Positions 48,124 to 61,399 of a stretch of DNA of 64,000 nucleotides are shown here, in pieces. The stretch comes from Narcine bancroftii. Its lineage: Eukaryota. The stretch is from assembly GCF_036971445.1 (NCBI RefSeq), contig NC_091473.1, positions 250,976,001 to 251,040,000 on the forward strand, in the 5' to 3' direction. Position 1 is the stretch's first letter. The number at the start of each line of letters is the position of its first letter. A program made the translations under genes and the position numbers. The notes under the pieces are model-generated. The model saw only the letters and a program-made list of their open reading frames with translations, made no database searches and was not told the origin of the DNA.

Positions 48124-49820
48124 GAAGGGACTGATACTGTGCTGAGGGGAGAGAGCGGGGCAGTGGGATCAGTGTGGGGACTGACATGAGGCTGTGGGGA
48201 GAGTGGGGCAGTGGGATCAGTGAGGGGACTGAGACTGAGCTGTGGGGAGAGAGCGGGGCAGTGTGATCAGTGTGGGGACTGACATGAGGCTGTGGGGAGA
48301 GTGGGGCAGTGGGATCAGTGAGGGGACTGAGACTGGGCTGTGGGGAGAGAGTGGGGCAGTGTGATCAGTGTGGGGACTGACATGAGGCTGTGGGGAGAGT
48401 GGGGCAGTGGGATCAGTGAGGGGACTGAGACTGGGCTGTGGGGAGAGAGTGGGGCAGTGGAATCAGTGAGGGGACTGAGACTGGGCTGTGGGGAGAGAGC
48501 GGGGCAGTGGGATCAGTGAGGGAACTGAGACTGGGCTCTGGGGAGAGAGTGGGGCAGTGGGATCAGTGAAGGGACTGAGACTGGGCTGTGGGGAGAGAGC
48601 GGGGCAGTGGGATCAGTGAAGGGACTGAGACTGGGCTGTGGGGAGAGAGCGGGGCAGTGGGATCAGTGAGGGAACTGAGACTGGGCTCTGGGGAGAGAGT
48701 GGGGCAGTGGGATCAGTGAAGGGACTGAGACTGGGCTCTGGGGAGAGAGCGGGGCAGTGGGATCAGTGTGGGGACTGAGACTGGGCTGTGGGGAGAGAGC
48801 GGGGCAGTGGGATCAGTGTGGGGACTGAGACTGGGCTGTGGGGAGAGAGCGGGGCAGTGGGATCAGTGTGGGGACTGAGACTGGGCTGTGGGGAGAGAGC
48901 GGGGCAGTGGGATCAGTGAGGGAACTGAGACTGGGCTCTGGGGAGAGAGTGGGGCAGTGGGATCAGTGAAGGGACTGAGACTGGGCTCTGGGGAGAGAGC
49001 GGGGCAGTGGGATCAGTGTGGGGACTGAGACTGGGCTGTGGGGAGAGAGCGGGGCAGTGGGATCAGTGTGGGGACTGAGACAGGGCTGTGGGGAGAGAGC
49101 GGGGCAGTGGGATCAGTGTGGGGACTGAGACTGGGCTGTGGGGAGAGAGCGGGGCAGTGGGATCAGTGTGGGGACTGAGACTGGGCTGTGGGGAGAGAGG
49201 GGGGCAGTGTGATCAGTGTGGGGACTGACATGAGGCTGTGGGGAGAGTGGGGCAGTGGGATCAGTGAGGGGACTGAGACTGGGCTGTGGGGAGAGAGGGG
49301 GGCAGTGTGATCAGTGTGGGGACTGACATGAGGCTGTGGGGAGAGTGGGGCAGTGGGATCAGTGAGGGGACTGAGACTGGGCTGTGGGGAGAGAGGGGGG
49401 CAGTGGAATCAGTGAGGGGACTGAGACTGGGCTGTGGGGAGAGAGTGGGGAAGTGGGATCAGTGAGGGAACTGAGACTGGGCTCTGGGGAGAGAGTGGGG
49501 CAGTGGGATCAGTGAAGGGACTGAGACTGGGCTGTGGGGAGAGAGCGGGGCAGTGGGATCAGTGTGGGGACTGAGACTGGGCTGTGGGGAGAGAGCGGGG
49601 CAGTGGGATCAGTGTGGGGACTGAGACTGGGCTGTGGGGAGAGAGTGGGGCAGTGTGATCAGTGTGGGGACTGAGACTGGGCTGTGGGGAGAGAGCGGGG
49701 CAGTGGGATCAGTGTGGGGACTGAGACTGGGCTGTGGGGAGAGAGCGGGGCAGTGGGATCAGTGTGGGGACTGAGACTGGGCTGTGGGGAGAGAGCGGGG
49801 CAGTGGGATCAGTGTGGGGA
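48124..49820 (+). repeat. G-rich minisatellite, 50-bp unit, about 34 copies
   Basis: Unit gggagagagcggggcagtgggatcagtgtggggactgagactgggctgtg with 48-49-bp variants. Confidence 0.97.
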
Positions 49821-50984
49821 CCTTATCTCGGTGTTAGATAAGGTATACTTGTATTCTTTTTCAACTTACTATAGTGATAGATCTTTACCTCCCATGGACG
49901 CCGACACGTGCAGAGTACTCCACCATTTCTGTGTTTTCAAACAGAAATATGACAGCAGACCTGATGCAAAACCCCAGTTTAGTGTTTTTGTTGTTTTCAA
50001 AATATTTTCCTTTCATCCCAAACCCTTTCTCTCCTGATGGTGCCAATTCTTACCAAAATTTCAACCCTGCAGCAACCAATTAAAGGACACGCTGAATCGT
50101 TGACCCCCTCCACCCCCACCCACTGTAGACAATGAGTTGAAAGGCTTCCTTCTGCACTTCATGTTCCGAAGATTTCATGTTTAAACTGTCACTGCCCAAG
50201 GGCAAGAGAATGGCCCAGAAAAACTAACTTTCTGAGTCTTCTGCTGCAGACCCGACAGCTCCGTTCGGGTGCTAAACAGTGTTTGTAAGTAAAAAGTTTG
50301 CAACCATGGGCCTGTGCCCAAGGTGGCGGCACCTGCGCTCGGCCCCAAAGATTCGGTGCACCAGAAATGAGGATGGCACGCCCCCACCCCCGACATTGAG
50401 AAGGTGAAGTAAAGGAGTTGGCGAAGTAGAGGAGTTGGCCCTACAGGACTGTAACCACGATGGCGGGCCAGCCAGGGGCTCAGCGGCTGAGGGACACTCA
50501 CAGGCTGTGGGCAACTTGCACGCGGGGCGTAGGCTGCTGGAGACTGGCTGATGGCAATCAGGTATTGGAGTTTGGATTCGAGAGGGTGCCAAGAGCAAGA
50601 AAAATCTTCTGAACGGCCGCAGGTGCTGAATGGTTCTTGAACGTATCGGAGGTTTGGATCTGGAGCTTGCGTTGCTGATGGTTTGAGGGATTTTCCTGGA
50701 ATCTGCTCAGATAATAGTGGGATCAAGTTCAAGATTCGCAAAATAATGTTGCCCTTCTATAAAACTCTGGTTCAATTGCATTTTGCCTAATGTGTTCAGT
50801 TCTGGTTGCCTCATTACCGGAAGGACGCTTTGGAGAGGGTACAGAGATTTACCAGGATTGGAGGACGTGTTTTACAAGGCAAAGTTAGCACTAGTAGGGG
50901 CTTTCCTCTTTGGAGCAAAGAAGGATGAGAGGTGACTTAATAGTGGTGCAAAAGATATGTGTTAATAGTGATATTTAGGTAAAG

Positions 50985-51093
50985 TGTCTGCCTGTCCCGC
51001 ATCGGACTTGTCAGCCACAAACGAGCCTGCAGCTGACATGGACATTTACCCCCTCCATAAATCTTCGTCTGCGAAGCCAAGCCAAAGAAGAAG
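50985..51093 (+). mobile_element. 109-bp RTE 3'-end insertion
   Basis: RTE 3' end with GAA tail, 8-bp TSD aggtaaag (50977-50984, 51094-51101), inside an LTR-like repeat at about 50960-52315. Confidence 0.88.
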
Positions 51094-52781
51094 AGGTAAA
51101 GGTTTAGTTCTATTTCTTAATAAAAAATGTCTCAGTAAATTATAGAGTTAAAATATTGTATATGTATTCTTAGTAAGTTAGTTGTGGGCTGGTACAGGGT
51201 CACACGCAGGTCACCACATTTACAGATAGGCCATTAAACTCAGAAAGACTGTTTATTTTTAAAGTTGACGTATCTTGGAAAGACAGAGCTAATGGAATTG
51301 AAGTGGGTCTTAATTATTCAAGAACAATGGAGTGTTTGCTTTATTAAAAATAGAAGCATGTAAATACTCATTAAGAACTGCTGAAGGAAGCCATCTGTTT
51401 TTAAATTAAACCACTAAAGGCCTCTTGAACAAGAGAAATGAAATTCAGAGCCATGTGCTTAAACCTTTGAAAAAAAGTGAGGCAAACTTTTGGAGTCATG
51501 TCATCTACAAGACAGAGGTGTGAAGATCACATGGTTTACAAGAAACTGCGGTTTGCAACTGTTTAAAATTCCAATAACTGTCATGTGATTTCAAAGAATT
51601 GGAACTGAGTCATTGATGATGTAAATGGTCATATGATTTGGAGAAATATATTGTCAAATTCAGTCATTTTGAATGAAAAGATTGCAAAAGTTGATAAGTC
51701 AAGACATCCTGGAAAGACAGGAGTAAAACAGCAATCTCTAGGAAGAGAAGGAGATACTGGTCGGTACTATCTCAATAGCCAGAACACCACTGTTAAGACC
51801 TTTGTGAATCAAAGGGTTGAATTACAGTAACCAGAATAGGTGCTGTTATGTGACTCCTAAAAGTGACCTACAGAAATAAGTGGATTTTGAAAGAGGTACC
51901 ACTTCTCGACTGCTCTTTTGAAAATAAAGGGTGCAGCCTCAGCTTGGAAGGAACTCCAGAATTCTCAAGAAGTTAAAAGGAAGTTAAAGCTTTACAATGT
52001 GAAAGTTAAAGAAACCTCTTCCCGAGAAAATGAGATTTGAGAGATTGAACAGTCTAAGGACTAAATCAATGTTAATAAACACTTCATTATTGCCTTAGGA
52101 ACCAATTTAAAAGAACTTGATGTTTCATAATCACCTCTGAAGTGCAATTTAACAGAACATCAAGTTCAACAAGACTTTAAAATACTGGCCCTTTTTACTT
52201 TTCAAACTCAAGTTTAAACTGAAATAGTTTGTACTTCAATACACACACACACACACACACTCTTATTCAATTACACTTGTGCATCATGGGGTTAAGCTTA
52301 GAGTTAAATTAGTTTAGAGCAGTGGTTTCAACCTTTTTCTTTCCACTCACATACCACCTTAAGTATTCCCTATACCATCGGTGCTCTGTGGTGTGATGCT
52401 CGGTGGGATGTGAGTGGGAAGAAAAAGTTTGAAAACCACTGGTCTAGCAGTTCATTGCCTGCACTGGAGCTTGTTATGTCAGGTGATGGTAAAAAACAGA
52501 ATTGATCAGGAACTTCAAAGGAAAATTGGATGGGCTGTCAATATATGTAACTTGATTTTTTTTTTGGTTAAAACTTGATAAGAGTTGAACGCCCCACAAG
52601 GGTAAAATGGAATTAAATTTTACTAAAAGGGTATTTCCTTGTTGGCAATTCTTGGAACTTCTCTATCTTCATATAAATTAATGGACAACCTGATCATTAA
52701 ACACAATTTGAGAATATGGGGACAATTTAGAAGGTTTTTTGGATTTCAGAATTTTTCTCTTATTTTCCCAATTACATCTGT

Positions 52782-53015
52782 AAGGGATACTGGAATGTGA
52801 GGAGTCAAGCAAGTGCTCATTAGAGATGAAGTATTATGGGTTAAATTAGGGTGAAGGGATGCTGGAATGGGAGGAGTCAAGTGCTCATTAGAGATGAAGT
52901 ATTATGGGTGAAATCAGGGTGAAGGGATGCTGGAATGGGAGGAGTCAAGCAAGTGCTCATTAGAAATGAAGTATTATGGGTTAAATCAGGGTGAAGGGAT
53001 GCTGGAATGGGAGGA
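52782..53015. repeat. Tandem repeat, about 3.3 copies of 68-72 bp
   Basis: aagggat.ctggaatg.gaggagtcaag...gtattatggg repeats at 52782, 52854, 52922 and 52994. Confidence 0.9.
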
Positions 53016-53842
53016 AGGGTTATAAAAGTATAATAAAATAAGGATCTTCAAAACAGGATAGCAAGTAGATAGCTTTAGCAAGTCTTGGGGATTGATTAAT
53101 GAGTGAAGAACAAAGACATGATATTTCCTGGCTAACAATTTTGCAGGAAGGCACATAAACTGATAAGAAGTTAGAATCCACGTGGGCAGAATTACCTAAT
53201 GCTAAACCAATCCAGGAGGCAGAAGAATGTTGGGGGGAAGGTATCTCTGTACTGAAATGAAATGTATAAAAGTTGGGTCAGCCTCAGTATCAGTGCGTAT
53301 TCCCAGGGTAAGGGGAAGCACCCAACTTTGCATTGTTGTAATAGTATAATTTTGTCTTGAGCAAATTCTGTGAAGGTACTTCTGTTTCTCACACATCCAA
53401 TCATCTTTTTCAACCTTCTTTGTAAGACACAGCTTTTAATGAGTGGCATAGATTGGGTATTAAATGTTTTAAAGACCCTTTTATTGTCAACAATTTTACA
53501 CCTTTTGAATAATTGGTTATAAAATTTAATTGACCTAACGTTCTTTTTATTTTGAAAAGATATTTACAAATTAGGCATTTTCCTCTATTCCAGATTCCTA
53601 ATTTTCCTGGCATTCCCATGGCAAATATTCTTTTAATACATTTTTTTGAACTACAATCTCCTTATAAAGGCTTAATATCTCTTATTTATGACAAAGTGGC
53701 TAATTTAAGACAAGGCCTCATTAATTAAAATCAAGAACACCTGGGAGCAAGATTTGAATGAATGCAGTGTGGAATGCTGTTCTTCAACTAATCCTTTTGT
53801 GCACGGCATTGTCTGTTACAATTTAGTGGTTCATAAAGCATA

Positions 53843-54393
53843 TACCATATATTTTGGCGTATAGGTTTTTTTTAAGCCTCATTTTAATGGTTTTTTGCTT
53901 ATATCCAGTGTGTAAGCCAACCCCCATTTTTTGGGCTGGCTGGGCCTCCCAGGAACAACCATATTTCTTTTTTTTTTAAAAAACACCCCAATTACAAGTA
54001 ACAAACCGTAAATTAAGTTTTTTAAAAAACCCTCGGCCTACCAGACAGAAACAGCAAAGGCCCACAGAGCTGGAGCGGCAACATCACGCTCCTGGCAATG
54101 ACAGAAACTTCGGCCAACCAGGCAGGAGTGGCGACAGCAACGTCAGGGTCTCAGGTAGGAGCGGTTATGGTAGCTCCCAGTGGTGGGGAGGTGTTGGGTA
54201 GCAGCAGTGCCGGCGGTGGGGAGGTGCTTCCAGGATTCATTTACATATTGAATCAAAGTCAATCTGTTTTTTTTCAATAAATTTAAGGTCTCAAAAGTAT
54301 TTTCAGCATATAAGTCACCCCCCCGCCCCCCCCCCCCAACACCGAGAAATTTTTAAGGGTTTCATGAGTTTATTTATACACCAAAATATATAT
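53843..54393. mobile_element. Non-autonomous TIR element (Tc1/mariner-like) inserted in L1
   Basis: taccatatattttggcgtata and inverted tatacaccaaaatata; the L1 frame VHKAY-MS resumes after it. Confidence 0.6.
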
Positions 54394-55196
54394 GTCTTAA
54401 GTTAAATGGTCTCATTTTTATCCGGACATTCATCCTCGATGTGACAAATGTAAAACAGGTGATGCCCTCTTTAATTCATACGTTCTGGACCTGCCCGCAC
54501 TTAGAAACATTCTGGAAGGAAGTTTTTCAAACTCTACTGGTTATTTGTAAATTAAAATTGGAACCTAACCCTCTCATAGCTCATTTTGGAATATCTTGTG
54601 ACAATGTTAGACTAACTTCAATGATGCATTTTATCCTTTTCTTTGTGAATGGCCAGATGTGCAATTTTGATTAAATGCAAATGTTCCACCTACACCTGCA
54701 CAATAGTTAAGGGACATTAAACCTGGAATAAATTAGGTATGCTATTGATTCAAACATCAAATTCCAAGGTTTAAGGACGACTACTATAACCTTAATAGTG
54801 TTGATCTGGAACTTTGGTACGGTGATCTCTCGCTCCAAGATTATGCCGCTTGAATTTTTTAAAATGTCAACCTTGCTGAGGGGAAGGGGTTCAGAATTTT
54901 TTTTTCTTTGTTACTTCTTGTTGTAACATCAAGTTTGTGCTACTCTACTTGTGAATTTTTGCATCTGATCACTATTGTAACATTTTTACTAGTTCTGTAG
55001 CACATATCATAATTGTATTGATCATTATTTTTCAATGTACAAATCAATAAAATAGATTAAAAATAAACCAACATTAAAAAGATTGCAACAAAAAAAAAAT
55101 CAATCCCATATGTACACCACATGTGTAGATGTCTGAAACAGATCATCTTCAGCTAATTTGGAAATTAAATAATTATGCCCCAAAATGGTTAGCTAC

Positions 55197-55870
55197 TGTT
55201 ATGAGCCCAGAGGACCCCAAAACCCAGCAGCAATAGATATTCACCAAGACAAATGGTTACTTAAACAAAAGTTGCTTTTAATTATCTTTAAACATGAAAA
55301 TAGAATCACACTTCAACTTATCACTATCAACTCAACTAACCCAACTTCGCCCCCTTCTAATTCTAAGTACACATGCATGTTATGTGTGTGTGTGTGTAAG
55401 CTCAGAAAAGTTTTTTGATTCACAATCCAATCTCACTTCTTATTCCTCCAAGTTCACTGGTTGCAGGCATTTCTTATACTGTGCACAGAATTTAACATTT
55501 ATAAAGTTCACGGCTTTAGTGCTTGAAAGGTAAATGGTTACCACTCAAGAAGGTTCTTGTCGGTTTTCAAAGAGAGATTTGTTGTAAGCTGGACACCCAC
55601 AACTGATTCTTTTTTTCAGCCACTTCAGTGTCTTGCTTAAGAAACTTTCCCCCTCAGGTTTCTCCAGATGATAACCTCTTTCTTTCAGGTCACCACAAAG
55701 TGCCTTTTTGTTTCTCTTATTTCAAGTGAAACATTAGTCAGGCAGTCCTCGCCTCTTGTATGGACCACAAGAGCTTTGACCAGGTACTCACAACCTGTCT
55801 TCCAAATGAGGTTTTCCACAAGCTTGTCCTGTTCCAGCCCCAGCTGTTTTGATTATTTAAAGTTTTGGCA
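55197..55870 (-). mobile_element. Partial LTR-family copy
   Basis: Direct homologue of 30108-30700 (ccccaaaacccagcagcaataga.attcaccaagac). Confidence 0.75.
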
Positions 55871-55956
55871 CCAACTTATGGAATGAAACAAAAAAGTCTG
55901 CAGTCGCTGTGATTGTCAAAAAGAGAACTCTCCCCATATCTTCCAATATTCCTGAT

Positions 55957-56145
55957 TGTACTGACAATAACCACACCAGCAGTGCGAGTGTAAGACAGCT
56001 TTAATAAACTAATATGGACACTAAGAGGGTCTTGTCTCTCTGCAAGACGAACCTGGAAGGCTAGACTGTAGCTCTGGACGGCTTTGTATACAAGGTCACC
56101 GGGATGACCCCTGGTGACCTAGTGGTGTAATTACATATCACCACA
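55957..56145 (-). mobile_element. 189-bp solo LTR
   Basis: TGT...ACA termini, near-TSD ctgat/ctgac, minus-strand ATTAAA. Confidence 0.7.
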
Positions 56146-56479
56146 CTGACCAAATGCTGTTGGTACACACGAGATAAAATCTTTCAGCTGCTCCCATGGG
56201 GGAAGAGGTACAGGAGTATCAGAGCAAGCACCACCAGGCTGAAGATCAGCTTCTTTCCCACAGGCAGTGAGAATGACCAAAGGAACTGCTCACACTGACC
56301 ATCCGAGATTCTCATTTGCACAAAGCAAAATCTATTTATTTATTTATTTGTACAGATAAAATACGCGTCCTGCCAATGTATTGTCTATCGGTTGTGAGTC
56401 TGCACATTTTGGACTGAGGACCGGAGAACGCTGTTTCGTCGGGTTGTATAATCACATGACATTAAACTTGATAAATTAC

Positions 56480-59222
56480 CATATTCGGGAGGTGATGCAC
56501 AAACACTACATGATCACACAATAATATAAAGAGAGGTGATCCGGGCTGACTATCACCAACTGTGTAAATACAGAGAAATTAAATCAATGGCGATGTCCAC
56601 TTCAGGGAACTATTGACCACCATGGACGCTCAAAGATGTTATTTACAGCTATATCCAATCTCTGGTCATATTTACAACATTAGCAGTAATCAGAATTGTA
56701 CATCAATTAATACTGGGTCAGAATTTGATTGCTAGCTGGTAAAATGTCACAGATAATTATTCATTTGAAGTAGATACACTGCAATAGGCTCAAGGCTACC
56801 GAGGAACTTGTACAATGGGGTTAGGGTAGAATGGATCGAGATTTTGATAATTCTCTGCAACAAAATATAGAAAAGAAAGATGCCAACAATTCAAATGGTG
56901 CAGTCTTCAAAGCAAGGTGGACCAACAACTGGCAATGCTCAGTTTGCTGTTTACCTTCATCAAAATAGCTGAAGCATGAGTGGTTCAGTAGTGTCCGATG
57001 CAACACCCTTCTCCCCTCTCCCCTCAAAAACTAATGTCCCATCAACAACAGCAAAAAAAATGTACACAGCAGCCTAGGCAAAGTTTGGAACTTCACTGGT
57101 CAAAGGACAGATGGAGGGGATGGTGGCAGAAATATCCTACTGTTGAATTTGTACACTCAAGATTCCTCAATCCGCCTGCATACAGCATGAATAACCCTAT
57201 TTCACCACCAGTTTCAATATGGACTTGTGTGCATGCAACAGGGAGGTGAAATCTGAATGGTTAATGGGCTCATTACATTTCAGTCATTTAGCACTGTAGA
57301 TCTAAGAACGCCTGGTCTGAAGCTCACTGGTGGCTGTATCTAATTCTCCATGCCTCTCCCTTCCCTTTTGCCTCCTTCTCCAGACAGGCTCAGGTCAACA
57401 TCCAGTGGTGCCACCTTTGGACTTGACCCTTATTCCATCAGCCTTTCTAATTTTATATCTCCCATTTGCAGCATCCTGGTTTTAAAAATTAAAAAAGGGT
57501 TTTAAAAAAGATTTGTCATCTATTTATAACTCCCACCAATACAGCTTTTGCTGCTCATCACCCTCTCCCTCTGTAGTGGGTATCACCATCACTGGTGTCA
57601 TTCAATCTCATCTGATCTCCACCTTGAAGGCTTCTGACCTGAAACAACGACCATTTTTTTTCCCCCACTGATGCGGCTCGACCCCAAGTACCTCCAGCAG
57701 ATCGTGCTTCGCTCCTTCATTCCCATTTTATCATGTGTCCTTTTTTTGTTCTGTTCACCCCTTTCTCTCTGCAAGTTCAACATATGGTCTTCTTTTTTTA
57801 AAGTAAACTTTTTCTCATTACAAATGAGACCTTTTTTCCTTCTTCACAAATAATATTGAGCTTTTTCGGTACATTCAGTTTTCATTCTAATGAAAATTGC
57901 TTCAGTTCAAGATGTTCCAAAATTGAGACAAGGGCAGTCCTAAAAATATTGCACGAATAATTTTCCTTCTATATTCAATAATTAACCTTAACCAAATTAA
58001 TAAGAATTACACATAAAGGTTTCTTGATTATGCATTCTCATTACAGTCCACGCTCACTCATTCAAGGTTACAGAGGCATTTTTGACTTTAAAGAAGTTCA
58101 CATTTGCATCATGATTTTAAAATTTTTTTATTATTATTTTAAAATATATATATTTTCATGTAACTGGAGTGAAAGTACTTTCTGGTCCCACTATTGGATA
58201 TACAACCTCAGAGGCTCAAAGACATAACACCCTTATCATTAAGAATCCAGTGCTCAGCTTATGGTCCTGAAAATGCACCAAGATGTATTTTGTTTTTTAA
58301 AAAAAAAGCTCTACCACAAACAGTATGTAATCTCTGAAATGTTCTGTGTGTTTGTATACAAGTGGAACCAAAAGCCATCAGGACTCAACAGAGGTTACCA
58401 ACTCCATATGGCACGAACCTTGTTCTAGTTTGATTCTGTCAAAATTTAACTGCCGAAAACTCAAATACCGACTCTTTGAAATTATTTTCCCTATTGAATC
58501 AATAGATGCAAGCTTTGATTTTCTTTGCCTGATTGGTAATGATTCACGATCTGACGTGTAGCATTTGATGGCGACAATTTATTTCAGCGCACGGTCTGAA
58601 GAGGGGGAAGCCAACTGAAGTTCTCCAACAAAATCATTTCACATTTTGTTAACACAGTGATATTTACAGCCGCTTTAGCACTGAATCTGGTTTGTTTAAA
58701 ACTCTCTACTCATCACTTATTAGAGTCAACGCTAATTCCGAAGATGAGTATCGTGTACCTACGCTGGCAATTGCCAAGATAGGATTCAATGATCACCATG
58801 GACAGGTTTTTTTTAAAAAACAGTTAAAAACAAGAGCATCTTTTGAAAAAGGTTGAACTGAGCTTTAAGCTCAGGTTGGAGACTAAAACAGGAAAACAAA
58901 GCAAACAAACTTTTAAATTATTACAGTACAATCATATACAGGTTCAAGTGATTTCACAGAGAATGTGCTGTAGCAACGTAAGGAGACAATTACATCTCTC
59001 GGCAGTAAATTAGATATCAAAACACTCTATAATTAGGATAGAAAAGAAAATACAAGCAAAAAGACCAGGCTGTTAAAGAAATAAGATACCTAGATGTGCA
59101 GAAATGCTCTTCAATTACATTTAGCGAGCATTTAAACAGCTAGGCTGGCTCCTACTATACATTCTTCTACTGAGGCTTCGGACAACCTGGTCCTGTTTTC
59201 AATCATTCGGTTTCTGGTCGAT
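56480..59222 (-). other. Probable long 3' UTR of AHCYL (3' end uncertain)
   Basis: About 2.7 kb of nearly repeat-free AT-rich sequence after the stop; minus-strand AATAAA near 58580 and 58130. Confidence 0.45.
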
Positions 59223-59229
59223 CTAATAC
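59223..59229 (-). CDS. AHCYL1: AHCYL last coding bases (R-Y-stop)
   Basis: Minus strand ttttccccctgctttctccag|G TAT TAG completes the conserved ...PNYYRY* terminus. Confidence 0.88.
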
Positions 59230-59965
59230 CTGGAGAAAGCAGGGGGAAAAATATTATGCATTAAAGAGGATTCTCCTGAGTTCCAACAATTAGCGTTGAT
59301 GAGTCCAAGGCAACTCAATACTACTCCATCCTTCCCACAAAGGTGTTCCTGTACTCACTACGCTATGCTGAACTCAAAAGCTTCAAAGAATTATTGACCA
59401 CCAGACTATTAATAGATCTGAGGCGTGCTACATAAATGTGAGGGAACTAGTAACTAGTAACATGAGGGGGAACTTCTTTACTCAGAGAGTGGTTACTATG
59501 TGGGATGGGCTTCCAGGAAAGGTGGTGGAGGCAGGGTCAATTTTGAAATTTAAGAAAGTTGGATAAGTATATGGATGGGAGGGGGATGGAGGGATATGGG
59601 CAGAGAGCTGGTAAGTGGGATTAGAGGAGGGTACTTGGATCAGTGCAGACAAGAAGGGCCAAATTGGCCTGTTTCTGTGCTGTAATTGTTATATGGTTAT
59701 ATGTCGGACTCGTGCCCATGGGGAAATTATCTTATTATTTTATATTGTCCATCCTTTGGCCTTTTCCAGAACTTGTTCACTGAATGCTTGTTTTAATAGT
59801 TCACCTTTTCCACCACAGAATTCTTTCAAAGAAACTAAGAAACAATTCCCTCTCACAGTGCTATAAATTACTAAATGAAGACACTAAAGAAATTTTCACG
59901 ATTACAACAGCTGCAGATTGTAAAGGCGGCGGGAGGAGGGGAAGTTACATATAGTGTGATGTAAA

Positions 59966-60141
59966 CAGGGGTGGCCAACCTTTTCATTTTTAATTTAGAT
60001 ATACAGCACGGTAACAGGCCACTTTGGCCCACGAGTAAGTATCGGGGATGGAGGTTAACTGGGTGGCACAGACGTGTGGGATGAAGTGGCCTGATTCGTG
60101 CTGCATGTCTAAATTAAAAATGAAAAGGTTGCCCACCCCGA
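59966..60141. mobile_element. Foldback MITE-like element: hAT-type ends plus inverted SINE tails
   Basis: caggggtggccaaccttttcatttttaatttaga... pairs with ...tctaaattaaaaatgaaaaggttgcccacccc. Confidence 0.7.
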
Positions 60142-60980
60142 TAATGGAAGAAGAGGAACAAGATAAATGTGTGCAGAGAGCTCCCTCTGATGGTTTTGTA
60201 GGCAAAGGGCAGTGTGCAACCTAACCACATAATTTATAACGATCATAAACTAACCAGTCGCTAAACAATAATGACTTATTGTCATTTACATTGTACAAAT
60301 ACAAATGCACAACCCTAGGCGTGTTCTTAGATTTTTTTTCATGCAGAATAGCGGCGGTGATAATTATATCAGAGCTAAAGACTGGGAGGCAGTGCAAGAA
60401 CATTGAGTTCTCAACAACTTATATAGGTACACCTTTGAAAGCATCCTGTCAGAGCGCATCATTGTGGGGAGTGGGAACTGCTCTGCTCAAGACCATAAGA
60501 CACTGTTGACATTTGCAAGCATGGCTCAGGCTATCACACAAACCCTGCTCCTCACTGACAAGGATGCGTACTTAGCCCACGTACTTTGACAATAGACTGA
60601 ACTTTGAACAAGGAGGGGCAGGAGATGGCACAATGTCATTCACTACGTGGAAGCTGCTGATATTCACCTCAATTTCAAATTCGATATCCACGAGGTACTC
60701 TGACCTTCTTGTTGCTTTACAGGCAGGGACCCCCCCACCCCACCCTGGACACAGTGTGAATTCTAAAACAGCTCTTTAACTGTTAAATTGTCACAATTAA
60801 ACAGCATACATTGGATAAACTCCTAATGATCCCATTTCATACCAGAAATGTTTGAACGATGACAATAACTAAAGGGTTACATTCTCAAAGACTTCCTCAG
60901 AGTCATATTTAATATTACTGTCTTCATTTGGGAAACCTTAAACAAAACTCAAAGACTGGCATAGACAATATGATCCCTTA

Positions 60981-61250
<270 letters not shown>

Positions 61251-61270
61251 CTACACTTGCCACTAGTTTA

Positions 61271-61399
<129 letters not shown>

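Larger units (their letters stand above)
52490..55075 (+). mobile_element. Heavily decayed L1 ORF2 3' portion
   Basis: LIHTFWTCPHLETFWKEVF..LEPNPLIA.FG; AATAAA and A-rich end near 55046. Confidence 0.65.

Noticed and set aside
48124-49820. Minisatellite as an Ig switch region or CRISPR array
   Set aside because: No unique spacers or cas genes in eukaryotic DNA; AGCT is nearly absent and no Ig constant exons are nearby.
49874-49945. ITIM-like AEYSTI in a short ORF
   Set aside because: It is a variant of the common repeat tail (gagttcctccagcatttctgtgtttt) with no supporting splice structure.
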